This document shows, one piece after another, positions 27,749 through 35,868 of a DNA stretch of 64,000 nucleotides. A program made the translations under genes and the position numbers. Below the pieces are notes generated by a model. It did not search any database, had not been told where the DNA came from, and saw only the letters and a program-made list of their open reading frames with translations. Position 1 is the stretch's first letter. Every line of letters starts with the position of its first letter. Source of the stretch: Bacteroidales bacterium (GTDB taxonomy: Bacteria; Bacteroidota; Bacteroidia; Bacteroidales; GCA-2711565); NCBI GenBank assembly GCA_028280405.1, contig JANQLW010000022.1:64212-128211 (forward strand), written 5' to 3'.

Positions 27749-30700
27749 TTATAAGGTTATATTTAAGCCAAACGTAATGGTTTGCAGGGGAGGGAGACTG
27801 AATGCTGTTTCAGGGTCCCATCCTTTATAATTGCTAATGACAAAGAGGTTTTGAGCCTGTATATATAACTTTAAACTTTTCAGTCTTAGCTTTTCTAGAA
27901 AAGAGGACGGAAACTGGTAAGCCAGTGAAACATTCTGCAAGCGAATAAAAGAAGCATCGGTGATGGAACGGTCGCTGTAGCGATAATAATTATTATAAGC
28001 GCTGTAAGCTACTCCCCCTTGAGTGAGACGTGGTACATCTGTAATATCCCCGGGTTTTTGCCAACGGTTTTCCAGCACAAAAGCAGGTTGATTCGCAAAA
28101 TAGCCGGGAGGCCTTAGATATTGCAAGTAGTTATGCCCAAGCTGTTTTACAAAGCGGAAAGTGAAATCCAGGCTAAGGCCTTTATAACTGATCGTGTTTG
28201 TCAGCCCGCCATAAAATTGTTTTTGCAGATCAAAAACGGCTGTCCTGTCTCCTGCATAAGTCATTCTTCCATCCCCATCGACATCTTCAAGGATGGCGAT
28301 ACCGGTCTCGGGATCCACCTCTTTAAAAACATAATATTTTCTGATATAAATAGATTTACCAATTATATATCGATTGGCATAACTACTATTTTCAAAATTT
28401 TCAAAAGAAACTAGTTTATTATCCGGCATGGTAATATTAAAATTTGTTGACCATCTAAAGTCCTTATTCTTGATATTTATGGTATACAGTTCTATCTCCA
28501 GGCCTGTATTGCGCACCAGGGCAGGAAAATTTGACTGAATATTTTGGAAACCGGTAATATGCGGCAAGGGCTTTCCTACCAATTGGTTGGAAGACTCGTT
28601 GTGGTAATAACTGATGGACGGGTTCACCCGGTTTTTGAAAAGGCCCAGCTCCAGACCAATCTCAAGTTTTGTGGTCTTTTCCCAGGCAAAATCTTCATTA
28701 AAAAGGTTATTGGGTAATAAGCCCAAAATATCATCGTAAGGGTAGCGTACGGGTTTCCATTGCGCCAGGTATTGATAGTCCCCAATATTGTCACTACCTG
28801 TAGTTCCGTAGCTCATCCTTAGTTTCCCATAGTTAATAAAAGAGAAATTATCTTTAATAAAGTCTTCGTTGGAAAATATCCAGGCTGCCCCAATGGCTGC
28901 AAAGTTGGCAAATTTTTTGCCGGGGCCAAAACGGCTGGAACCGTCTCTTCGCCCTGTAATATTCACGATATAAGTATCTTCCAGGTTATAGTTCAGGCGT
29001 CCAAAGATAGAACTGAAACGATAGGCCCTGCTATCATATGATCGTGCTTCAATGACACCGGCCGCTTCGGGGTTACCCAAAAGTGCATCACTGGTATAAT
29101 CCTTCGCCCAGAAACCCTGACGGTTGGAAGAGGTTTCCTGGAAGGTAAAACCGACAAATGCGGTAAAAACGCCTTTTCTTAATTGGGTAATGTATTCAGC
29201 CTGGGGTTCGATATTCCAGGTTTTACTAACACCATCGTCTAAAAAAGCATTAGGCAACGGTTTGGTAAAATAATTACCGTAAGGGTTAATGACCTTAGAG
29301 GGTGTTTTAGTAATCCGGTCCGTTCTAATTTCGGAAAATCCAATCTTGGTTTTAAGTGTCAGGCCTTTAAATAATGTATAACCAACTCCCAGATTGGCTA
29401 CCCAATTATGTGTTTTGTTATCTGTAGTAATATGAATTCCGACAATCGGGTTGCTCCAGGTTCCTTCTTCCCAGTTTATATTTCCTTCTTCATCATATAA
29501 AGGTGGTGCATTAGGGGCAAATCTAGTTGCACTATTGATACTAGCGGATGAGAAATTGGATAGATTAAGGTCATTTAAAGTATACAAGCCTGACAAATGA
29601 ATATTCAGTTTTCCATCTTCAGAGCGATGATTGATTTTAAAATTAGTAGAAAACTTCTGGTCATAAAAATCGTGGGAATAGAGGGTGGTTTGCTTCAGGT
29701 AATTGGTGCTGATCAAAAATCGGGTTTTCTCCGTACCTCCGGAAACCGTAGCCTGTACATTATCCATTTTGGCCGACTTCCCTCTTAGTAATTCATCCTG
29801 CCAATCGGTTTCCCGGGTCTGGTCCCAGGTACCGTTTACATCATAATCCGAGCTTCTTGGTTCTGCCCCATCATTGGCAAAAGCTTCCTCACGCATGGCC
29901 AGGTATTGCTCTAAATTTAACACATCCAATGTTTTGGACACCCTGCTAATACCGGTATACGCATTTACCGATACTTGTGTGTTTCCGGCCTTTGCTTTTT
30001 TGGTGGTGATCAAAATTACTCCATTGGCTCCGCGGGAACCGTAAATGGCCGTGGCATCCGCATCTTTCAACACCTCAATGCTTTCAATATCATTAGGATT
30101 GATAAAATTCAGCGGATGTGTAAATCCTCTGCTAAATGTCCTCGATTCAGCAGGATAAGGGATCCCATCGATTAGGTATAAAGGGTTGTTCCCATCATTC
30201 CTGAGGCTGTTCAGCCCACGTATTTGGACGGTATAATTGCCGCCGATTAGTCCTGAACCCCCTATAATATCAACGCCTGTCATCCTTCCCTTCATCGCTA
30301 ATAAAGGGTTTGAGACAGGTTGTTGTTCTATGGCTTCCGCTTTTAGTTGTGCAATATTACTGGTGGCCGTTTTTTTCTTCATTTTATAGTAACCGGCATT
30401 AATGGTTACTTCTTTCAATTCAGTGGCGGCCTGTTCCAAACTGACATTAATAAAGGTTTTGTTTCCCACTTTGATTTCCTTTTTAGCAAAACCTACATAA
30501 GAAAATATCAATACCGTTTTTGAATCAGGAACTGTAATTGAATATTCTCCATCCACATTAGTGGTTATACCCTTAAAAGTTCCTTTGATTAATATTGTGG
30601 CACCGGGTAAAGGTTTGCCTTCTTTGTCGGTGACTTTACCGGTAATGGTAATCGAAGCCTCTGCTTCATTTAGGTTGTCTTCTGCTTTAGGAGTAACTAC

Positions 30701-31051
30701 AATGGTTTCTCCTACAAAGGTATACGTAAAAGGTTGGTCTTTAAAGCAAGATTCCAGGGCTTCGGTAAGCGACACATTCTTTAATTCCACACTTACCGGT
30801 AAGGCTTCTTCAAGCATTTGTGAATTATAAAGAAATTCATGACCGGTTTGCCGGTTAATTTGTTTAAATATTTCTTTCAATGAAGCCTTTTCGGTCGAGA
30901 GGGAAACATTTTGTGCACTTACGCCCGCATATACCTGGATGCAGATTACACTTAGCATAATGGCTAATTTCATGGTCATCAACATTTTAATGAGCAATCG
31001 CCAGTTGATCCCGGACTTTTCCGGGATTTGGCAAAATAAATTTAAATCCAT
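27749..31051 (-). CDS. SusC/RagA-family TonB-dependent transporter with an STN signalling domain
   Basis: 1100 aa with the same architecture as 17939-21235. The true start is probably M25 (coordinate 30979), giving the signal peptide MTMKLAIMLSVICIQVYAGVSAQ. Confidence 0.9.
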   Translation of the reverse strand: MDLNLFCQIPEKSGINWRLLIKMLMTMKLAIMLSVICIQVYAGVSAQNVSLSTEKASLKEIFKQINRQTGHEFLYNSQMLEEALPVSVELKNVSLTEALESCFKDQPFTYTFVGETIVVTPKAEDNLNEAEASITITGKVTDKEGKPLPGATILIKGTFKGITTNVDGEYSITVPDSKTVLIFSYVGFAKKEIKVGNKTFINVSLEQAATELKEVTINAGYYKMKKKTATSNIAQLKAEAIEQQPVSNPLLAMKGRMTGVDIIGGSGLIGGNYTVQIRGLNSLRNDGNNPLYLIDGIPYPAESRTFSRGFTHPLNFINPNDIESIEVLKDADATAIYGSRGANGVILITTKKAKAGNTQVSVNAYTGISRVSKTLDVLNLEQYLAMREEAFANDGAEPRSSDYDVNGTWDQTRETDWQDELLRGKSAKMDNVQATVSGGTEKTRFLISTNYLKQTTLYSHDFYDQKFSTNFKINHRSEDGKLNIHLSGLYTLNDLNLSNFSSASINSATRFAPNAPPLYDEEGNINWEEGTWSNPIVGIHITTDNKTHNWVANLGVGYTLFKGLTLKTKIGFSEIRTDRITKTPSKVINPYGNYFTKPLPNAFLDDGVSKTWNIEPQAEYITQLRKGVFTAFVGFTFQETSSNRQGFWAKDYTSDALLGNPEAAGVIEARSYDSRAYRFSSIFGRLNYNLEDTYIVNITGRRDGSSRFGPGKKFANFAAIGAAWIFSNEDFIKDNFSFINYGKLRMSYGTTGSDNIGDYQYLAQWKPVRYPYDDILGLLPNNLFNEDFAWEKTTKLEIGLELGLFKNRVNPSISYYHNESSNQLVGKPLPHITGFQNIQSNFPALVRNTGLEIELYTINIKNKDFRWSTNFNITMPDNKLVSFENFENSSYANRYIIGKSIYIRKYYVFKEVDPETGIAILEDVDGDGRMTYAGDRTAVFDLQKQFYGGLTNTISYKGLSLDFTFRFVKQLGHNYLQYLRPPGYFANQPAFVLENRWQKPGDITDVPRLTQGGVAYSAYNNYYRYSDRSITDASFIRLQNVSLAYQFPSSFLEKLRLKSLKLYIQAQNLFVISNYKGWDPETAFSLPPLQTITFGLNITL

Positions 31052-31286
31052 AATTTTACTTTGTTTTGGTGAATACGATGTATACTTTTATTTAATGTTT
31101 CGCCAGGACTTTTTGGCCGGGTTCTGTCTTCAGCGGAATCCGGTTTTATTTTGTCTGCCGGGGCCACCGGTTGGTGGAGCAGGCAGATCCTGACAATTCC
31201 TGAAAAAGTTCACTTCATCAGGCTATTATTGAATCAAGAGTCAGGTTTTTTTCATACGCTATATAATTGGTTTTACATTGGTAAAT

Positions 31287-32444
31287 TTATTGAGTGTCTT
31301 TTCCGGCTTTTACAATAAGGGTTGTTCCCTGTATATCAAAATCCACTGTTCCGGTCCGTTTCATTAGGCCGAGTATGGCTGATGCGTTTTCTTTGCGCGA
31401 AATAATACCACCAAACCTAAGTGTCTTAACATTGCCCTCATATTGTACCTTAAGGTTGTACCAACGGGCGAGGCTGTTCATGATCGTTTCAATATTGGTA
31501 TCATTAAAATGGAACATGCCTTCTTTCCAGGCAATGGCTTCTTCAGCATCTACTTTTTCCACGCTTAACTTACCACTTGCGTCTAATGAAGCCTGATGAT
31601 CCGGAGTGATGAGTAATGAGTGATGGGCTATGAGTGATGAAACCTGAACACTGCCTTCCAGTAAGGTTGTTTTTATGGTGCCTTCATCTTCGTAAGCATT
31701 GATATTAAAATGGGTTCCTAATACTTTAACTTCAGCCTTGTTATTAATCTTTACGATAAAAGGCATGCTTGCATTTTCAGCAACTTCAAAATAAGCTTCC
31801 CCTTTAATTTCTACCCGTCGCTCCTTACCGATAAATGCAGTAGGGAAAGTGATATCAGAGGCGGCATTGAGCCATACGCGGCTTCCGTCAGCCAGTGTAA
31901 GTGTAGCTACCTTACTGCCCCTGGGGTTGGTAAGGGTATTATATACGGCTTCGGAAGAAGATCCTTTATACTCAATTTTTCCATCGTCCAGTTTCAGGAT
32001 TTTCATTCCTTTTTGCATCGCTAATTGTCCGCTGTTCGCACTGTCTAAATAAACATGTTGTCCATCAGCCAATAATATCGTGGCCCGGTTGATATCAGGT
32101 GCTTTTATATTATAAGCAATAGGGGGGCTTTCAACATCGGCCTGATGAAAAAACAGGAAGTAGGAAGATATCATCAGAATGAGAACGGCTGCTGCTGCAA
32201 TCCGTTTTCCATACAAATGAATAAACGACTTTTGAACAAGCGTACGCTTACTTTTATGCATACGTTCCTGTATGTCGACCCAAATCTTTGCCCGGATTTC
32301 TTCGCGCTTTCCATCGCTGTCCGCAACCTGTTCTTCTTCGTCCTTCCATTGATCATACCAATCGTGAAGTTCTTTCAGTTCGAGGTCAGTAGCTGTACCG
32401 GCCAGCCATTTTTTTGTGAGTTCGATTTGTTTTTCTTTTTCCAT
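31287..32444 (-). CDS. FecR-family anti-sigma factor
   Basis: I placed the start at the ATG at 32444 (MEKEKQIELTKKWLAGTATDLELKELHDWY). The 69 upstream residues of the listed ORF look like noncoding read-through. It has a TM segment (AAAAVLILMISSYFLFF) and a FecR domain (GEAYFEVAENASMPFIV...VKVLGTHFNINAY). Confidence 0.85.
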   Translation of the reverse strand: MEKEKQIELTKKWLAGTATDLELKELHDWYDQWKDEEEQVADSDGKREEIRAKIWVDIQERMHKSKRTLVQKSFIHLYGKRIAAAAVLILMISSYFLFFHQADVESPPIAYNIKAPDINRATILLADGQHVYLDSANSGQLAMQKGMKILKLDDGKIEYKGSSSEAVYNTLTNPRGSKVATLTLADGSRVWLNAASDITFPTAFIGKERRVEIKGEAYFEVAENASMPFIVKINNKAEVKVLGTHFNINAYEDEGTIKTTLLEGSVQVSSLIAHHSLLITPDHQASLDASGKLSVEKVDAEEAIAWKEGMFHFNDTNIETIMNSLARWYNLKVQYEGNVKTLRFGGIISRKENASAILGLMKRTGTVDFDIQGTTLIVKAGKDTQ

Positions 32445-32658
32445 TGTAAACCTAAAATAAGAATGCCCTTTCTTATATAGAGTCCATCGAAGATCAAAAA
32501 CCCTTAATTGGGGATGAAAAAAATTGGAAATCCATATTTTCGTAGTTATTGAAACCCTGCCAGGGTAACACTCATCATTACATTGCCATATTGAAACATA
32601 ATCCATATATTTGATTTTAAATAAAAAAACTCCATTAATCTTTAATAGCAATTAAGAA

Positions 32659-34023
32659 ATGAACGAATCCAATCGTATAGAATATAAAAGCAAGCTAAAT
32701 GATAATTTAGAAAAAGAAGTAGTAGCTTTTCTTAATTATAAGGATGGTGGTAATATTTATTTGGGTATTGATAATGATGGTACACCAGTAGGAATTGAAA
32801 ATTATGACACTGTTCAATTAAAGATAAAAGATCGCTTAAGAAATAATATTTTACCTTCCTGTCTAGGACTATTCGATGTGATTCACGAAATCCGGGAACG
32901 TAAGGATATTATTCGTATTAACATTGCCAGTGGTACCGAAAAACCCTATTATATAAAAAAGCATGGCATGAGTGAAAAAGGTTGTTTTATTCGGGTAGGT
33001 TCTGCTGCCGAACCCATGACGGTTCGCATGATCGAAGAACTTTTTACCAAGCGTACCCGTAACTCGTTAGGTAAAATAAAAGCCACTCGTCAAAATTTAA
33101 CCTTTGAACAACTTAAGATCTATTATAATGAAGCAGGCTTTAACTTAACCGATAAGTTTGCTACTAATTTGGAATTACTTACTGAATCCGGTGAATATAA
33201 TTACGTGGCCTACCTGATGGCCGATAATAACGGCAACTCCATAAAAGTAGCTAAATACGCAGGAAAAGACAGAATTGATTTAATCGAGAGTAATGAATAC
33301 GGTTATTGTTCACTGATAAAAGCGACCAAACAAGTTTTGGATAAATTGGATTTAATGAATCATACTGCAACGAAAATTACTCCCAAAGAACGCATTGATA
33401 CCCGGCTTTGGAATCCAGTAGCTTTACGCGAGGCTGTTATTAACGCTATTGTTCATAATGATTATTCATACGAAGTACCTCCAAAATTTGAAATATTTTC
33501 CAACCGACTGGAAATAACTTCAACCGGCGGATTGGTTCCAGGACTAAATCAGAATGAGTTTTTCGAAGGCTATTCTATCCCACGCAATAAAGAAATCATG
33601 CGTATTTATAAAGATCTGGAAATGGTAGAATACCTGGGTTCTGGAATGCCCCGTATTCTAAAAATTTATCCGAAGGAATCTTTCAAGTTTTCAGAGAATT
33701 TCCTTAGAATAGTATTTCCTTCCTCCGTACCAGTTCATATAGAAAGTACCGAACAAGTCACCGAACAAGTCACCGAACAAGTCACCGAACAAGTCACACG
33801 TTTACTTTCTTGCTTCAAAGATACACCATTAAGCACCCGTGACCTTATGAAAAAACTAGATTTACGCCACCGACAAACATTTATATATAGTTATTTGCAA
33901 CCTTCGTTAGAACAAGGATTACTAGAGATGACTATACCAGAAAAGCCTCAAAGTAGCAAACAGACATATAAGTTAACAAAAAAAGGAATTGCTTTAAAGA
34001 AAGAGTTAAACTCAAAAAAATAG
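32659..34023 (+). CDS. AlbA_2 (Schlafen-like) DNA-binding domain / HATPase_c_4-like / C-terminal wHTH protein (family often mis-annotated as RecG-like)
   Basis: 454 aa. N-terminus ESNRIEYKSKLNDNLEKEVVAFLNYKDGGNIYLGIDNDGTPVGI is typical of AlbA_2, and the central REAVINAIVHNDY block is typical of the associated ATPase-like domain. Family assignment is from memory of these signatures. Confidence 0.7.
   Translation: MNESNRIEYKSKLNDNLEKEVVAFLNYKDGGNIYLGIDNDGTPVGIENYDTVQLKIKDRLRNNILPSCLGLFDVIHEIRERKDIIRINIASGTEKPYYIKKHGMSEKGCFIRVGSAAEPMTVRMIEELFTKRTRNSLGKIKATRQNLTFEQLKIYYNEAGFNLTDKFATNLELLTESGEYNYVAYLMADNNGNSIKVAKYAGKDRIDLIESNEYGYCSLIKATKQVLDKLDLMNHTATKITPKERIDTRLWNPVALREAVINAIVHNDYSYEVPPKFEIFSNRLEITSTGGLVPGLNQNEFFEGYSIPRNKEIMRIYKDLEMVEYLGSGMPRILKIYPKESFKFSENFLRIVFPSSVPVHIESTEQVTEQVTEQVTEQVTRLLSCFKDTPLSTRDLMKKLDLRHRQTFIYSYLQPSLEQGLLEMTIPEKPQSSKQTYKLTKKGIALKKELNSKK
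33748..33795 (+). repeat. Perfect in-frame 12-bp tandem repeat (accgaacaagtc x4) encoding (TEQV)4
   Basis: Four identical head-to-tail copies read directly from the sequence. They lie in the linker before the C-terminal domain of the AlbA_2 protein. Confidence 0.95.
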
Positions 34024-34099
34024 AAATTAGATATTTTTAAACACCCAAACTTGTCTGCCGGATTGATTCTTCATAAATTAAAGGGTTAATTCTGTTAGT

Positions 34100-35142
34100 A
34101 TGAAAATTTCGAAACGGGGGACATTAAATGATCAATCAGGTTATGAAATCCTGATGAATAAAATCTCCACAAGTTATATTACCGGACAGCAGCATGCTGT
34201 AAATGCTGTAAATTCCAGTTTGCTGCAATCTTATTGGACAGTCAGCATATAGTAGAGTTTGAACAGGATGGAAATGTAAAAGCGAAATATGGCAATAAAT
34301 TGCTTGAAAATCTTTCTAAAGACCTTTCATTACTTCATGGTAGAGGTTTTAGCCTTAGCAATATAAAGCGAATGAGGCAGTTTTATACTCAATATCCAAT
34401 TAGTGCGACAGTGTCGCACCAATTGAGTTGGTCACATTATGTCGAACTTTTGAAAATAAATGATCCGCTGGAACGAGAATTTTATGAAAAACAAGCCATT
34501 CTTGAAAATTGGAACATCAGGGAACTAAAACGTCAAAAGAAATCTTCCCTTTTTCTTCGTTTGGCTGCTGCAAAAGATAAAGAAGGTATCCTGAAATTAG
34601 CAAAGCAAGGACAAAGGATAGAAAATCCTGTAGATATTATGCGGGAACCCTATATCCTGGAGTTTCTTAAAATCCCGGAACCTTACCATCTTTCGGAAAC
34701 TGATCTGGAAAAGCGGCTGATTAATGAACTACAGCATTTTTTACTGGAACTGGGTAAAGGTTTTGCTTTTATTGGCCGCCAATACAGGATTACATTAGGC
34801 AACCGTCATCACTATGTGGATCTTGTTTTTTATCATCGCATATTGAAATGTTTTGTACTGATAGACCTGAAAAAAGAAGAGGCCGGCTATGAAGATGTAG
34901 GTCAAATGAATATGTACCTGGGTTATTTTGAAAAAGAAGAAAACACAGAAGGCGATAATCCGCCCATAGGCATTGTTCTTGCGCGAGACAAAGATGAATT
35001 ACTAGTAGAATATGCCATGCATGGAATATCTGCACAACTGTTTGTACAAAAATACCAACTCTATCTTCCTCATGAAGCAGAGCTAAGAAAGGAAATTGAA
35101 AAGATATATAGCCAGCATAAAGAAGAGCAGGGAAAGATTTGA
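34100..35142 (+). pseudogene. DUF1016/YhcG-type PD-(D/E)xK nuclease gene interrupted by a 1-nt frameshift
   Basis: The ATG at 34100 opens a 46-codon frame (...AVNAVNSSLLQSYW) that stops at 34250. The listed ORF (TTG at 34234) continues in the -1 frame as DSQHIVEFEQDG.... Restoring one G at tattgg/gac (34235-34237) fuses them. A nuclease motif is present (HYVDLVFY...VLIDLKK). Confidence 0.65.
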
Positions 35143-35190
35143 AAATCATGCCTGAGCTTTGGCTAACAAGCCTCAATCCAAATATGTGTT

Positions 35191-35760
35191 TCAAAGTAAC
35201 AAAAACATCCTGAAGCTATCCCCCATTTTCCCCCGGATTATTTTCAATGATTTGGTAAGATGAGCTTCCGCTGTCTTAATGGAGATATTGAGTTTTTTAG
35301 CAACCTGTTTCAAAGGTTGATCCATTAGTTTGTTATGGACAAAGACCAAACGGCATTTTTCGGGAAGGCGGGCTGAAAGTTTTTCAACCATTTCAAGCAA
35401 AAGACGGTCATCCATTACTGCTTCTTCATCAATACCAACCGATGCTTTTCTTTGCAGTTCATCTAAAGAAAGGAAGGAAGACTTTTGTTCCCGGGCAAGA
35501 TACCGGTACACTGCATAACGGGTCATGGCAGCCAGGTATTGCGGAAGGGAACGAATCTGAAGTGTGGTTCTTTTATTCCAAAGATTCAGGAAAACATCCT
35601 GCACGATCTCTTCGGAAGCTTCGGCCGATTTCAGGTGTTTGTGAGCCAAAAAATAAAGTTTATCCCAATAGTAATTATAGATCTGTTCAAAAGCATCTTC
35701 ATCTCCAAGCACTAAGCCGGAAAGCATTTCCTCTTCATTATATGAATTTGATGCTTTCAT
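35191..35760 (-). CDS. ECF-type RNA polymerase sigma-70 factor (presumed partner of the FecR at 31287-32444)
   Basis: 189 aa. Region 2 (EIVQDVFLNLW) and region 4 HTH (PLKQVAKKLNISIKTAEAHLTKSLKIIR) are present. Same strand as FecR/SusC/SusD of locus B. Confidence 0.9.
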   Translation of the reverse strand: MKASNSYNEEEMLSGLVLGDEDAFEQIYNYYWDKLYFLAHKHLKSAEASEEIVQDVFLNLWNKRTTLQIRSLPQYLAAMTRYAVYRYLAREQKSSFLSLDELQRKASVGIDEEAVMDDRLLLEMVEKLSARLPEKCRLVFVHNKLMDQPLKQVAKKLNISIKTAEAHLTKSLKIIRGKMGDSFRMFLLL

Positions 35761-35868
35761 GAATATGTTTTATTTTGACTTGCCATAGGCAAGAGAAATA
35801 CACACGCAGAGCTCTCAAAATTATAAAAATTTATGAAATACCAATTTACATTTTCATTAATTTACTGT

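Noticed and set aside
31591-31640. Imperfect atgagtgatg-like repeats inside the locus B FecR gene
   Set aside because: The repeats are short and imperfect. They encode a low-complexity linker (SSLIAHHSLLITPD) at a position that is also variable in the locus A paralog. Not distinctive enough to report as a finding.
32445-32651. 69-residue N-terminal extension of the locus B FecR ORF (start at 32651)
   Set aside because: The extension (MLLKINGVFLFKIKYMDYVSIWQCNDECY...) has no FecR-like features. The internal Met at 32444 gives an N-terminus (MEKEKQIELTKKWLAG...) matching the usual anti-sigma N-terminal helix and the length of the locus A paralog.
34790-35194. 134-aa minus-strand ORF overlapping the 3' end of the DUF1016 gene
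   Set aside because: It is antisense to a gene with a recognisable PD-(D/E)xK motif and has no recognisable features of its own. It is most likely a shadow ORF.
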